64,000 bases of DNA, taken from positions 14,286 through 78,285 of the forward strand of contig SLCC01000011.1 of the NCBI GenBank assembly GCA_007126035.1. Direction: 5' to 3'. The notes beneath the pieces are model-generated. The model worked only from the letters and a program-made list of their open reading frames with translations, had not been told where the DNA came from and ran no database searches. Positions 44,274-54,459 of this stretch are shown here, piece by piece. Position 1 is the stretch's first letter. Each line of letters starts with the position of its first letter. The translations under genes were made by a program, and so were the position numbers. Origin of the DNA: Gemmatimonadota bacterium (GTDB lineage Bacteria; Gemmatimonadota; Gemmatimonadetes; Longimicrobiales; RSA9).

Positions 44274-45200
44274 ATGCCTAGAGCCAGGATAATTCTCAAT
44301 CCCACCGCCGGGGGTGGGCGCGCCAGCCAGATGTCGGAGCACATCCTGGTGGGGATGGAGCGCCGGGGGATCAGCGCGGAGATCGTGGCCACCACCGCGC
44401 CGCGGGAGGCCGTGCGGCTGGGCCTGGAAGCTGCCCGGTCAGGTGTAGACCTGGTGGTGGCCGCTGGTGGTGACGGTACAGTCCACGAAACGGCGAACGG
44501 TCTGCTTCGAGCCCTGTTCCAGGGAGTCGAGGGCCCGGTCCTGGGCGTCCTGCCCGTGGGCAGTGGCAACGACTTCGCCAAGCTGGTCGGCCCGCTGGAC
44601 GACATCGACCGGTCACTGGACATCCTGATCCAGGGGCAGATGCGCCGCTTCGATGCGGCCCACGCCGTCTGGCAGGGCGCGGAGCACTGGTTCATCAATG
44701 CCGCCGGCACCGGCATCGATGTGGAGGTGGTCCGTCAGATCCTCAGGAAGCGAGGTCGTGCGACCCCGGGCGTGGGCCGCTACCTCTCCGCGGTGCTCCG
44801 CGCGCTGGTCCGCTACAAGGCCATCCCCATGCGCATCCGCCTGGACGGCAGTGCCATAGAGCGGGAAGTAATGATCATCGCCGCCGCCAACGGGCGCTGC
44901 ATCGGCGGCGGCTTCTGGATCTGCCCCGACGCGGAACCTGAAGACGGCAGGTTCGATATCTGTATTGTGAACCGCGTGTCGTACCTGGGCGCCCTGCGCG
45001 CCCTGCCGATGGTCATGCGAGGGAAGCACGAGAAGCACCCGAAGGTGGAGATGTACCGCGCTGCACAGGTCGAGATAGAGGCCCTCGGGCCGGACCCGTT
45101 ATTCTTCCAGATGGATGGCGAGCTGCACGAGCCGCCCGAAGCCCGCACCCTGAGCCTACGGGTGCTGCCGAAGGCGCTGCCCGTCATGACCGGGCTATAA
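44274..45200 (+). CDS. diacylglycerol-kinase-family lipid kinase (YegS/BmrU-like)
   Basis: Start re-set to MPRARIILNPTAGGG. Contains the VVAAGGDGTVHE (GGDGT) motif. Confidence 0.8.
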   Translation: MPRARIILNPTAGGGRASQMSEHILVGMERRGISAEIVATTAPREAVRLGLEAARSGVDLVVAAGGDGTVHETANGLLRALFQGVEGPVLGVLPVGSGNDFAKLVGPLDDIDRSLDILIQGQMRRFDAAHAVWQGAEHWFINAAGTGIDVEVVRQILRKRGRATPGVGRYLSAVLRALVRYKAIPMRIRLDGSAIEREVMIIAAANGRCIGGGFWICPDAEPEDGRFDICIVNRVSYLGALRALPMVMRGKHEKHPKVEMYRAAQVEIEALGPDPLFFQMDGELHEPPEARTLSLRVLPKALPVMTGL

Positions 45201-45202
45201 CC

Positions 45203-45895
45203 ATGGGACGTCATATCCTGTTGACGCTCGCCCTGGTCGCCGGCGGCGTCGGCGGTCTGGGCGCCCAGGTCCCGGACACGGTCCCCGTTCCCATCGACAC
45301 GTTGCCCCTCCTCCCGGACACGGTCCCGCTGCTGGAAGAGCCGGTGCTGGAGCCAGCGATCCCGGAAGACGAGATCAGGCCCATGTCCCCCGGTGGGGCC
45401 TTCATCCGGTCACTGGTCATACCTGGCTGGGGGCAGGCCGCCTTCGGCGCCTACACCCGTGGCGGGATCTACTTCTCCGGGTGGGCAGGGAACTGGTTCA
45501 TGAATTTCAAGAACCAGACCCGGCTCCAGGAGGCACGGAACCGGCTCGACATCCGGACCGCCCACGTCCGTGACTCCCTCATCTATGCGCCGCCGGGTCC
45601 CGGTCTGCCCGCCAACCCGGACTCCATGCGCGCTGTCCTCGATACCACGAACCTCCTGGGCAACACGTTACAGAATGACCTTGTCGGCAGCGACCTGAGA
45701 GGGCTGATCCAGTCGCGGGAGCAGCAGCGGGAGGACTGGATAGCGTGGTCCCTGTTCTGGCTTCTGGCTTCCGGGATCGATGCCTTCGTCACCGCGCACC
45801 TGGCCGACTTCCCCGGCACCATAGGCATGGAGCCCCAGGCGGACGGCGGCGTCTCGTTCCGCGTCGAGGTGCCGCTGCCCCGGAGACGACCATGA
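45203..45895 (+). CDS. secreted/membrane protein, DUF5683-like
   Basis: Signal peptide and a Pro-rich linker, then SLVIPGWGQAAFGAYTRGGIYF, which resembles the PG(L/W)GQ motif region of DUF5683 proteins. Confidence 0.45.
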   Translation: MGRHILLTLALVAGGVGGLGAQVPDTVPVPIDTLPLLPDTVPLLEEPVLEPAIPEDEIRPMSPGGAFIRSLVIPGWGQAAFGAYTRGGIYFSGWAGNWFMNFKNQTRLQEARNRLDIRTAHVRDSLIYAPPGPGLPANPDSMRAVLDTTNLLGNTLQNDLVGSDLRGLIQSREQQREDWIAWSLFWLLASGIDAFVTAHLADFPGTIGMEPQADGGVSFRVEVPLPRRRP

Positions 45896-46752
45896 CGTCC
45901 CTCCTGACGGCGCTGGAGCGGGACCGCCCCATCGGCGTCTTCGACTCCGGTCTGGGCGGCCTGACGGTGGCGGCGGCGCTGGCTCGTCGTCTGCCCAGCG
46001 AGTCCATCCTCTACTTCGGGGACACCGCCCGGGTCCCGTACGGCTCCAAGTCTCCGGACGTGGTCCGCAGGTTCTCCCGTCAGGCCGCCAGGTTGCTTCT
46101 TTCCAGGGACGTGAAGCTCCTGGTCGTTGCCTGCAACACCGCGACCGCCCACGCGGAAGAGGCTCTTCGTCAAGAGCTGGAGGTCCCGGTCGTGGGGGTC
46201 ATCGAGCCTGGGGCCAGCGCTGCGGTGGAGGCCACTCGCACGGGAAGGATCGGCGTTCTCGGCACCTCCGGGACAATCGGCTCGGGCGCATACGACCTGG
46301 CCCTCCGCCGTCGTCTGGGTGAGGACGGCCGGGTGTACGCCCAGCCCTGCCCCCTCTTCGTGCCACTGGTGGAGGAAGGCTGGATCGACCACCCCGTAAC
46401 CAGGGCCGTGGCCGCCGAGTACCTGCGCCCGCTCGAGGAGGTGGACGTGGACGTGGTCATCCTCGGCTGCACCCATTACCCCCTGCTCCGTGGCCTGCTT
46501 CAGGACCAGGTGGGCTCCGACGTGCGCCTGGTGGACTCCGGAGAGGAGACGGCGACGGCGGTGGCCCGGATCCTGGCCGACCGGCGGATGGCACGGACCG
46601 ACGGCCCTCCCGTCCATTCGTTCCTGGTGAGCGACTCACCCCTCAAGTTCCGTGAGTTCGGCACCCGCGCTACCCACGGGCTGGTGGTGGACGTGAGCCA
46701 TGTGGACATCGACGGTTTCGGCCTGCACACCGAGCGGCTGGAGAACGGATAG
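45892..46752 (+). CDS. murI: glutamate racemase
   Basis: Start re-set to MTSLLTALERDRPIGVFDSGLGGLTV (ATGA overlap with the upstream stop). Contains VVACNTA and ILGCTHYP (the two catalytic Cys motifs). Confidence 0.9.
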   Translation: MTSLLTALERDRPIGVFDSGLGGLTVAAALARRLPSESILYFGDTARVPYGSKSPDVVRRFSRQAARLLLSRDVKLLVVACNTATAHAEEALRQELEVPVVGVIEPGASAAVEATRTGRIGVLGTSGTIGSGAYDLALRRRLGEDGRVYAQPCPLFVPLVEEGWIDHPVTRAVAAEYLRPLEEVDVDVVILGCTHYPLLRGLLQDQVGSDVRLVDSGEETATAVARILADRRMARTDGPPVHSFLVSDSPLKFREFGTRATHGLVVDVSHVDIDGFGLHTERLENG

Positions 46753-46777
46753 GCGCCGGCCAGGTGGCCGGATCAGG

Positions 46778-47521
46778 TCAGTCGGACCTCGGCCAGCTGT
46801 GGAGCACCGGGTCGCCGCCGTCGTTCACGGTGATATAGCTCCAGTGGGTGAGCCAGTCGCCGCCATTCAGGTAGTACTGACCCGGAGCGGCCTGGCTAAC
46901 GGCCGGCCGGTGGGAGTGCCCGCACACCACCCAGCCCAGGTCCGGCTCCGCCGCCAGCTGCTCCAGCGCCCACTCCTCGAGGAAGCGGGACCGGTCCATG
47001 GACCCCTCCTCGGGGGTCGGGCCCGCCTTGGTCTTCGTGGACGACGCCCGCCGGGCGATCCGCAGGCCCAGCTCCGGGTGGAGGACCCGGAAGGCGCCCA
47101 CCAGCGGTCGGCTCCGGATCAGCGCCTTCAGGGCCCGGTAGTGCAGGTCCCCCCGGCCCAGCCCGTCGCCGTGGACCATCAGGGCGGTCCGACCCGCTAT
47201 CTCCGTGCGCACACGGTCCGGGTGGAAGGTCATACCTACGTGGTCCCGCAGGAAGCCGCCGCCCCAGGCGTCATGGTTGCCGCCGGTCAGCAGGACCTCG
47301 ATGCCCGCATCCACCAGCTCAGCCAGCGCGGCCAGAACGCGGAAATGGCGGCCCAGGATGACCTCGCCGTACTCGAACCAGAAGTCGAACAGGTCGCCCG
47401 CGATGAGCAGCTTCTCTCCCTCGGCGCCCACGTGGTCCAGGAACTCCAGGAAGGCACGCTCGGTCCCACGAGGTACGGCGCCCAGGTGGATGTCGGAAGT
47501 GATGAATGCGGGCTTCGACAT
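46778..47521 (-). CDS. lpxH: UDP-2,3-diacylglucosamine diphosphatase
   Basis: Start re-set to MSKPAFITSDIHLG. Contains GDLFDFW and GNHD (calcineurin-like metallophosphoesterase motifs in LpxH order). Confidence 0.8.
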   Translation of the reverse strand: MSKPAFITSDIHLGAVPRGTERAFLEFLDHVGAEGEKLLIAGDLFDFWFEYGEVILGRHFRVLAALAELVDAGIEVLLTGGNHDAWGGGFLRDHVGMTFHPDRVRTEIAGRTALMVHGDGLGRGDLHYRALKALIRSRPLVGAFRVLHPELGLRIARRASSTKTKAGPTPEEGSMDRSRFLEEWALEQLAAEPDLGWVVCGHSHRPAVSQAAPGQYYLNGGDWLTHWSYITVNDGGDPVLHSWPRSD

Positions 47522-47623
47522 GCGCGCGAAGGTAGGCGCCTGGAGCCGGATACGCCATGGCACCGTATCCCGATCGCCCATATGTTGCCGCCGTCACTGA
47601 TGATTCCACCGACCGGAGCGCCC

Positions 47624-48034
47624 ATGATCCGCCACACGTCCAGCTCGTTCAGGGTACGTTACGGAGAGACCGACCAGATGGGCGTCGCCTACCACCCCAA
47701 CTACCTGGCATGGTGTGAGATCGGGCGGACCGAATACATCCGCCGTCTCGGTCTCCCATACGCCGAGATCGAGAGGCAGGGCTGCTTCCTCGCCGTGGCT
47801 GATGCGGCCGTCCGCTACGCCTCGCCGGCACGATACGACGACCTGATTCGGGTGGAGACCTGGCTCGACTCGGTGAAGTCCAGGGCCCTGGACTTCCGCT
47901 ACCAGGTCCACCGGGAGGAGCCGAGCCCGGCACTCCTGGCCACGGCCCGGACCACCCTTGTCGCCCTGGACGCCCATGGCCGGCCCCGCCGGCTGCCTGA
48001 ATCGATCCTGAACCTCTTCCGGGAGGCCATGTGA
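47624..48034 (+). CDS. YbgC/4HBT-family acyl-CoA thioesterase
   Basis: Start re-set to MIRHTSSSFRVRYGETDQMGVAYHPNYL (hot-dog thioesterase N-terminal motif). Confidence 0.8.
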   Translation: MIRHTSSSFRVRYGETDQMGVAYHPNYLAWCEIGRTEYIRRLGLPYAEIERQGCFLAVADAAVRYASPARYDDLIRVETWLDSVKSRALDFRYQVHREEPSPALLATARTTLVALDAHGRPRRLPESILNLFREAM

Positions 48035-50130
48035 GCCGTATACTAGCCGCCGCACTCGTCGCTTGCCTGGGCAGCGCCGCCTGCGCGCCCCGCGCCCCGT
48101 CCTTCCCACCGGGACCCGACCGGCAGCAGACGGTGCTCACCGATGAGGCTCTCGACGACATCGCCACCATCCTTCGCCTCGAGGATCATCGCACATTCGA
48201 CCCGGAGCGCTTCCGGCAGTTCACCTCGACGCCCAACACCGAAGTCCGACGGCGAGCCGTCACCGCCGCCGGTCGGATCGGCGATGTCGGCGCAGTCCCG
48301 CTCCTGGCCCAGATCATCCGCCAGGACCCCAACGCCCTGGTCCGCGCCGATGCCGCTTTCGCGCTGGGCCTCCTGGGTGACACGTCGGCCACCACACTCG
48401 ACGCCCTGCGCGGGGCCGCGCCCGCGGACTGGGTGCCCGTGAGAGGCGAGGAGACGAAGGTAGTGGTCGAGATCGTGGGAGCCATGGGCCGCCTGGGCAG
48501 CGACGCCGCCCGCGCCCAAGTGGTGGACGTCCTCCGCCGCGCCTATCCCGCCGAAGATGCCATCTCATCGGCCATAGCCGGTGAGGCGCTCCTGGCGGTC
48601 TGGCGGTTCGCCGCCGGTCCGGGTCGCGCCGTCTCAGCCGCCCGCTTCCTCCAGCACCCGGACCCGGAGCTCCGCTGGCGCGCCGCCCTGGCACTCACCA
48701 GGATTGGCGACGCCGAGACCGCAGGTTGGCTGCTCCCGGGCCTCGAGGACGACGACGCCCGCGTCCGCGCCCTCGCCGCCCGCGGCCTCGCCGCCAGAAT
48801 CGCCGATCCCGCAGGCCTCGGCGAGCCCGCCCTGGAAGGCCTCACGGACGCCGCCGGTGATCAGCACCCCCATGTCCGCATCAACGCCCTACGGGCCCTG
48901 GGCACATTCGGCGAGAGAGCGCCCCTGGGGCTCCTGGCCGCCGGACTCCGGGATCAGGACCCCAACGTCAGCGTGGCCACGGCAGCCGTCATTGCCGAGC
49001 TGGGCCATGCGGTGGCCGACACCCTCGTCGCTTTCGTCGAGGACCAGCAGGCCTCGATCCCGGTCCGGGCCGCCGCCCTGGCCGCACTCGGCACTGTCGA
49101 ACCGGAAGTGGCGCTGCCGATCGTCACCGAGTGGAGCAGCGGGAGCCTGGAGGCCAGGTACGCGGCTGCACGGACGCTCCCGCCCCTGAGCTGGCCGGCG
49201 GCGGCGCCCCTCCTCGAGGCACTCATGGGCGATCCCGATCCCCGGGTGGCTGTGGCTGCCACCGAAGCGGCTGGTGCGCTGGCCGGCCGGCCGGCGCTGG
49301 ACCACGCCGCCACCGCAACCCTCCGCGGCCTCCTGCTCGATGCCGTGGGGGCGGACGACCCCCGTCAGCGGACGGTGGCCCTCCGCGGCCTGGGGCCACT
49401 ACTGCGGCAGCAGGACGCGCCCGTTATCATGGATGCCTATCAGCGGACGGTCGACGACCCGCAGGCACGGGCCACCGCCATCGCCGCCGTACGCGCGCTC
49501 GGCACCATCGAGACACTGTCCCCTGGACCTGCCGCCGCCTTCTTTCAGCGGTTCCAGCCGCCCGCCGACCGCTGGATCCGCATAGCTGTGGCCGACGCCC
49601 TGGGCGACCGGTGGGGACCGCCGCCAGCCGCGGCGGCCGCCGATGACCACGAGTTCTATCGTCACATCGTCCAGCAGTACGTGGCACCGGCACTGTCGGA
49701 AGCCCGCCGGCCGGTGGCAAACCTCCAGACCCGTCACGGCGACATCCGGGTCGAGCTGCTGGCGGAGGAGGCGCCCCTGACCGTTCATAATTTCGTGACA
49801 CTGGCCGCCGCGGAATACTATGACGATGGCGTCTGGCACAGGGTCGTGCCAAACTTCGTGCTCCAGGACGGCGCGCCCGCCGGGGACCCCAGCGGAGGGC
49901 CGGGCTGGACTATACGAGATGAGATCAACAGGCTCAGGTACGGTCGTGGCGTCATGGGAATGGCCCTGTCCGGTCCCGACACCGGCGGGAGCCAGTGGTT
50001 CATCACCCACTCGTCCCAGCCGCACCTGGACGGGGGCTACACCGTCTTCGGCCGTGTCCTGTCCGGCCATGGTGCGATGGACCGGGTAGTGCAGGGCGAC
50101 ATGCTGCCGACCATCCGTATCAGCCACTGA
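48031..50130 (+). CDS. lipoprotein with HEAT-repeat N-region and C-terminal cyclophilin-type peptidyl-prolyl isomerase
   Basis: GTG start overlapping the upstream stop; lipobox LGSAAC. Repeated ..VR..AA.ALG.. HEAT-like units. C-terminal HNFV..YDDGVWHRVVPNFVLQDG..GGSQWFITH..LDGGYTVFGRV. Confidence 0.8.
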   Translation: MSRILAAALVACLGSAACAPRAPSFPPGPDRQQTVLTDEALDDIATILRLEDHRTFDPERFRQFTSTPNTEVRRRAVTAAGRIGDVGAVPLLAQIIRQDPNALVRADAAFALGLLGDTSATTLDALRGAAPADWVPVRGEETKVVVEIVGAMGRLGSDAARAQVVDVLRRAYPAEDAISSAIAGEALLAVWRFAAGPGRAVSAARFLQHPDPELRWRAALALTRIGDAETAGWLLPGLEDDDARVRALAARGLAARIADPAGLGEPALEGLTDAAGDQHPHVRINALRALGTFGERAPLGLLAAGLRDQDPNVSVATAAVIAELGHAVADTLVAFVEDQQASIPVRAAALAALGTVEPEVALPIVTEWSSGSLEARYAAARTLPPLSWPAAAPLLEALMGDPDPRVAVAATEAAGALAGRPALDHAATATLRGLLLDAVGADDPRQRTVALRGLGPLLRQQDAPVIMDAYQRTVDDPQARATAIAAVRALGTIETLSPGPAAAFFQRFQPPADRWIRIAVADALGDRWGPPPAAAAADDHEFYRHIVQQYVAPALSEARRPVANLQTRHGDIRVELLAEEAPLTVHNFVTLAAAEYYDDGVWHRVVPNFVLQDGAPAGDPSGGPGWTIRDEINRLRYGRGVMGMALSGPDTGGSQWFITHSSQPHLDGGYTVFGRVLSGHGAMDRVVQGDMLPTIRISH

Positions 50131-50142
50131 AGGAGTGCTGCC

Positions 50143-50805
50143 GTGACCGAGTACCGTGCGATCATCCCGCTCGCGGCGCTGCTGGTAACCGGCTGCGCCG
50201 TCGGTCCGCCGTCGCCCTCCACTGCCCAACCTCACGTGGCCGCCACCATCGTGGAGGCGACGGCGCCCGATCGTCCGCTCCGGGTGGTCTTCGCCTGGGA
50301 GGGCATGGAAGGTGATGCCCGCTTCACGGGTCAGGGAGTGGCCCGGATCGAGCCTCCGTACCAGGCCCGCCTGGACCTCTTTGGCCCTCGTGGGGATACC
50401 TATCTTAGCGCGGCGCTGGTGGGCGCGGATCTGCGCCTGCCGCCAGGGGTCCAGGGCCCGATGATCCCGCCGCCGGCGTTGATGTGGGCGGTCCTGGGCG
50501 TGGTGGCGCCGCCAGCCAACGCGGTGTTGGTCGGAACGCGCGAGCAGGCCGACCAGACGGAGTTGTACTACGAGGTGGGGGGCGGTACCCTCTGGTACAT
50601 ACTGTACCGGGGTCGGCTCCGGACCGTCCGGTGGGACGAGCCGGGGCGGCGACTGGCGGTGGAGCTTCGTGGAGAGATGGAGCCTCGACTCCCGGCGCGG
50701 GCCGTCTATCAGGATCCCGCCGCAGTCGCGGAGTTGATGTTGAACCTGGAGAGGGTGGATGAAGTCGAGCCATTTCCGCCGGACATCTGGACGCCGGGCC
50801 GTTGA
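50143..50805 (+). CDS. hypothetical outer-membrane lipoprotein (LolB/DUF4292-like, tentative)
   Basis: GTG start; lipobox LLVTGC. Beta-rich sequence; the family assignment is only an impression. Confidence 0.45.
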   Translation: MTEYRAIIPLAALLVTGCAVGPPSPSTAQPHVAATIVEATAPDRPLRVVFAWEGMEGDARFTGQGVARIEPPYQARLDLFGPRGDTYLSAALVGADLRLPPGVQGPMIPPPALMWAVLGVVAPPANAVLVGTREQADQTELYYEVGGGTLWYILYRGRLRTVRWDEPGRRLAVELRGEMEPRLPARAVYQDPAAVAELMLNLERVDEVEPFPPDIWTPGR

Positions 50806-51301
50806 GCTGGGCCTGGCCCTGGCCGTGGTGGCCGTCCTGGGCGGGTGCAACTACGGGTTCGAAGGGGGCGGGTTCCCGCCTCACATCCGGACCATCTACA
50901 TCGAGCCGTTCCAGAACGAGACGCCCCAGTTCGACCTGGACCAGAAGCTGTATGCGGCGATGCTGGATGAGCTGCCCGGCAAGCTGGGCGTCCGCGTGGC
51001 TGGCGAGCAGGCTGCCCACGCCATCGTCCGGGGCGTCATATCTTCATACGACGACGCGGCGCAGAGCTTCACCCCCACCGCACCCGGTCAACCGGCTCCC
51101 GCCGCCTCGGCGCACGAGGTCCGCATAACGGTCTCGGTCCAGCTCATAGATGTGCGGGACCATCTCATCCGGTGGGAGTCCCAGCGCGTCCTCGGTCGGG
51201 GCGCCTACCGTCCCGATACGCAGTCCGATGCCATGGGGCAGGAAGAGGCCATCGCCAGCATCATCCAGCAGATCATCGACGGCGCCCAGTCCCAATGGTG
51301 A
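50759..51301 (+). CDS. LptE-like LPS-assembly lipoprotein
   Basis: Lipobox VLGGC followed by [14 protein letters not shown].., typical of the LptE/RlpB family. Overlaps the upstream gene by 47 nt if ATG 50759 is the real start. Confidence 0.6.
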   Translation: MKSSHFRRTSGRRAVELGLALAVVAVLGGCNYGFEGGGFPPHIRTIYIEPFQNETPQFDLDQKLYAAMLDELPGKLGVRVAGEQAAHAIVRGVISSYDDAAQSFTPTAPGQPAPAASAHEVRITVSVQLIDVRDHLIRWESQRVLGRGAYRPDTQSDAMGQEEAIASIIQQIIDGAQSQW

Positions 51302-51777
51302 TCCGGCCGGAACACAAGATTCAGGACCGCGAGACATTGATCCGGCAATTCGGTCGGCCCCGTACCGGCCGACTGGTCTTCACCAACGGCTGCTTCGACC
51401 TCCTGCACCGGGGCCACGTGGAGTACCTGTACGCGGCGCGGCAACTCGGAGACGAGCTGGTGGTTGGCGTGAATACCGACGATTCAGTGGTCCGGCTCAA
51501 GGGAGAGGGTCGTCCGTTGGTGTCCTTGGGTGACCGTCTGTACGTCCTGGCCGGCCTGGGCTGCATCGATGCCGTGACGCCGTTCCCGGAAGACACGCCA
51601 CGCCAGCTGATCGCTCGGCTCCTCCCCGACGTGCTGGTCAAGGGCGGGGACTACCGCGCCGAGGACGTGGTGGGTGCGGCGGAGGTCCGGGCCGCCGGCG
51701 GTGAGGTCGTGATCCTGCCCTTCGTCGCCGGCCGCTCCACCACTCGTCTGATCCAGCGGCTGGAGACCCATGGCTGA
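51295..51777 (+). CDS. hldC: D-glycero-beta-D-manno-heptose-1-phosphate adenylyltransferase (RfaE domain II)
   Basis: Start re-set to [61 protein letters not shown] closely matches the RfaE-II pattern. Confidence 0.85.
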   Translation: MVIRPEHKIQDRETLIRQFGRPRTGRLVFTNGCFDLLHRGHVEYLYAARQLGDELVVGVNTDDSVVRLKGEGRPLVSLGDRLYVLAGLGCIDAVTPFPEDTPRQLIARLLPDVLVKGGDYRAEDVVGAAEVRAAGGEVVILPFVAGRSTTRLIQRLETHG

Positions 51778-52501
51778 ACCCAGAACCGACCGTACCGCTG
51801 GCGAGCTGCGCGCCGTCGTGCTCGAGCGCCATGTGGCGCCCCACGCCGAGGGTTCGTGCCGCGTTAGCTTCGGGCGCACCCAGGTCCTGTGTACGGCCTC
51901 AGTGGAGGAAGGCGTGCCCTCCTGGCGCAAGGGTGCCGGCGCAGGCTGGGTCACTGCCGAGTACGCCATGCTGCCCCGGGCCACCCATACCCGAAGTCAG
52001 CGGGAGCGCGGACGGGTGGGCGGCAGGACGCAGGAGATCCAGAGGCTGATCGGCAGGTCGCTGAGGGCCACCATCGACCTGGCCGGCCTGGGCGAGCGCA
52101 CCATCCTGGTGGATTGCGACGTGATAGTGGCGGATGGCGGCACCCGCACCGCCGCAATCACCGGCGGCGCCATCGCTCTGGCCGATGCCTGTGGGTGGCT
52201 GGCGGGGCGGGGGCGCATCGACCGATCTCCCATGCGCCAGTTGGTGGCCGCCGTGAGCGTGGGCCTGGTGGCCGGAGACCCGCGGTTGGACCTGGACTAC
52301 ACCGAGGACGTGGCCGCCGAGGTCGACATGAACGTGGTCATGCTCGAGGACGGCGGCCTGGTCGAGGTGCAGGGGACAGGAGAGCACGGCACGTTCTCAC
52401 GGGCACAGCTGGACCTGCTGCTGGACCTGTCCACCGATGGGATCCGCCGACTCCACCAGCTCCAGCACCTGGCACTGGAGCAGACAGCGCCTCGCCCATG
52501 A
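51770..52501 (+). CDS. rph: ribonuclease PH
   Basis: 243 aa containing R.DGR...ELR, EGSC.V.FG.T.VLC, GW.TAEY.MLPRAT and [12 protein letters not shown]. Confidence 0.9.
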   Translation: MAEPRTDRTAGELRAVVLERHVAPHAEGSCRVSFGRTQVLCTASVEEGVPSWRKGAGAGWVTAEYAMLPRATHTRSQRERGRVGGRTQEIQRLIGRSLRATIDLAGLGERTILVDCDVIVADGGTRTAAITGGAIALADACGWLAGRGRIDRSPMRQLVAAVSVGLVAGDPRLDLDYTEDVAAEVDMNVVMLEDGGLVEVQGTGEHGTFSRAQLDLLLDLSTDGIRRLHQLQHLALEQTAPRP

Positions 52502-53139
52502 CCAGCATACTCCTGGCCACCCGTAGCGAGCCCAAGGCCAGGGAGATCCAGGCCATCCTCCGACCCCTGCGCCTCGAGGTGGCCGACCTCCGGCAACTGG
52601 ACGTGCCATTCGACCCAGTCGAGGACGAGCTGGAAGAGTTCGACACCTTCCGCGACAATGCCCTGGCCAAGGCCCGATGGTTCGCCAGCCGCCTCCAGCG
52701 TGTGACCATGGCCGATGATTCCGGCCTCCGGGTCGACGCCCTGGGCGGTCGGCCCGGGGTCCGGACGAAACGCTTCTCAGGCAGGGACGACCTGTCGGGT
52801 CTGGACCTGGATGAGGCCAACAATCAGCGCCTGATCCAGGAGCTCGAGGGCGTGCCGGAGGACCGGCGAGGAGCCCGCTACGTCTGCTGTGCGGCCATCG
52901 CCTGGCCCGATGGTAACGCCCTGGTCACCCTGGGCACGGTGGGTGGGGCGATCACCCGTGAGCCCAGGGGCGGGGGAGGGTTCGGATACGATCCCCTGTT
53001 CCAGGTGCCCGAGCTCGGCGCCCGCTTCGCGGAGGTGCCCGTCTCCGTCAAGAACGCCATGAGCCACCGCGCCCGCGCCTTCCGCGCCCTCGGTGCCCTC
53101 ATCATCAGGGCGCCCTGGCCCCTGCGCCCGACAGGCTGA
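52498..53139 (+). CDS. rdgB: RdgB/HAM1-family non-canonical purine NTP pyrophosphatase
   Basis: Start re-set to [13 protein letters not shown] (ATGA overlap with the rph stop). Contains [25 protein letters not shown] and MSHRARAF. Confidence 0.85.
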   Translation: MTSILLATRSEPKAREIQAILRPLRLEVADLRQLDVPFDPVEDELEEFDTFRDNALAKARWFASRLQRVTMADDSGLRVDALGGRPGVRTKRFSGRDDLSGLDLDEANNQRLIQELEGVPEDRRGARYVCCAAIAWPDGNALVTLGTVGGAITREPRGGGGFGYDPLFQVPELGARFAEVPVSVKNAMSHRARAFRALGALIIRAPWPLRPTG

Positions 53140-53222
53140 GCCTGGCTGGCCGAGGCCAGGCACGCTCCGTGCGCGCGCAACGCGAGAGAGAGCATTGCCT
53201 GACCGACGAACAGGAGCGCATC

Positions 53223-53348
53223 ATGGAGATGTCCAGGGAGCTCAAGCTCATAGCACTGATCGCCGCTGGAATGGTGGCAACACGCTTCGTCATCCTGGCG
53301 CTGGATGCCATAGCCGAGTCCGTCGAGCGACGAACCCTCTACCGCTGA
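53223..53348 (+). CDS. candidate 41-aa single-TM small protein
   Basis: Below the track's size cut-off. ATG at 53223 with AGGAG 6 nt upstream. Translation: MEMSRELKLIALIAAGMVATRFVILALDAIAESVERRTLYR. Its TGA is embedded in TGAGGAGGA, the RBS of the next gene (TTG 53359). Confidence 0.4.
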   Translation: MEMSRELKLIALIAAGMVATRFVILALDAIAESVERRTLYR

Positions 53349-53358
53349 GGAGGATACA

Positions 53359-54444
53359 TTGAACCACCCGCACCTGCCGCTGGCCCTTCTGGCTCTGGTC
53401 GCCTGCCTGGGGGGCATCGGGCTGGCTACGACGGTCCCGGTTGCCGCCAGCACCGCCATCCCCGCCGACGCACCCGCGGACCAGGGCCGCCTGCTCGTTG
53501 TGAACAAGGGCGAATCCACCCTCTCGATCGTGGATCCGCGGTCGGGCGACGAGGTGGCTCGTATCCCCACGGGAAACGCGCCCCACGAGGTGGCGGTGTC
53601 TCCGGACGGACGCCTTGCGGTGGTGAGCAACTACGGCACCCGGGAGGCGCCGGGCAACACTCTCACGTTGGTGGACCTGGCCCAGCTATCGGCGGTGGCC
53701 ACCATCGACCTGGCTGAGCAGACCCGACCCCATGGCCTGGTCTGGCACCCCGACGGACGCCGGGTGCTCGTCACCACGGAGGGCAATGGCACCCTCACCA
53801 TTGTGGATGTCCCGGAACGCCGGGTGCTCGCCGCCGTGCCCACTGGAGCCAGGGTCTCCCACGAGGTGGCCATCACGCCTGACGGCAGTCGCGCTTTCGT
53901 CGCCAACATCGGCTCGGGGAGCGTCACCGTGGTCGATGTCGCCTCCGCCAGCGTCGTGCGGAGCATACCGACGGGCGACGGCGCGGAGGGCGTAGCCGTC
54001 ACGCCGGATGGACGGGAGGTCTGGGTGAGCAACCGGGCGGAGAACACTATCACCGTGCTGGACGCCGTGGAACTGGATGTCCTGGCCACGGTGCCGTCCG
54101 CCGACTTTCCCATCAGGGTGGTCTTTTCGCCGGACGGCCAGCTGGCCATGGTGACCAACGCCCGTTCGGCGGAGCTACGGGTCTTCCGGGTCGCTGATCG
54201 GCAGGAGGAACTGGTGGCGCCGATCAAGGCCCCTGTGGTCGACGAGGGGCCCCAGGTCCTGGCTTTCGAGGGGAGCGCCGTACCAATTGGCGTACTTGCG
54301 GACCCCGATGGTCGGCACGTATACGTAGCCGCGGCCAGCGCAGATGTGGTGGCGGTCGTGGACCTGGAGGTCGGTGAGGTCGTTCGCCTGATCCCTGTGG
54401 GACGCGAGCCGGACGGTCTGGCCTGGGCCGCACCGACATACTGA
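53359..54444 (+). CDS. secreted YVTN-type beta-propeller repeat protein
   Basis: TTG start and signal peptide. Has 7-8 repeats of the ~40-aa pattern ..G..P.GVAV.PDG..(A/V)(Y/V)V(A/S)N..S..(V/L)(S/T)V(I/V)D.. Confidence 0.8.
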   Translation: MNHPHLPLALLALVACLGGIGLATTVPVAASTAIPADAPADQGRLLVVNKGESTLSIVDPRSGDEVARIPTGNAPHEVAVSPDGRLAVVSNYGTREAPGNTLTLVDLAQLSAVATIDLAEQTRPHGLVWHPDGRRVLVTTEGNGTLTIVDVPERRVLAAVPTGARVSHEVAITPDGSRAFVANIGSGSVTVVDVASASVVRSIPTGDGAEGVAVTPDGREVWVSNRAENTITVLDAVELDVLATVPSADFPIRVVFSPDGQLAMVTNARSAELRVFRVADRQEELVAPIKAPVVDEGPQVLAFEGSAVPIGVLADPDGRHVYVAAASADVVAVVDLEVGEVVRLIPVGREPDGLAWAAPTY

Positions 54445-54459
54445 ACCCCGACTGATCAG

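Noticed and set aside
50759-50805. 47-nt overlap between lipoprotein 50143-50805 and the LptE-like gene as a sign of a frameshifted or fused gene.
   Set aside because: Both reading frames have their own lipobox-containing N-termini. The overlap probably reflects my uncertainty about the LptE-like start rather than a pseudogene.
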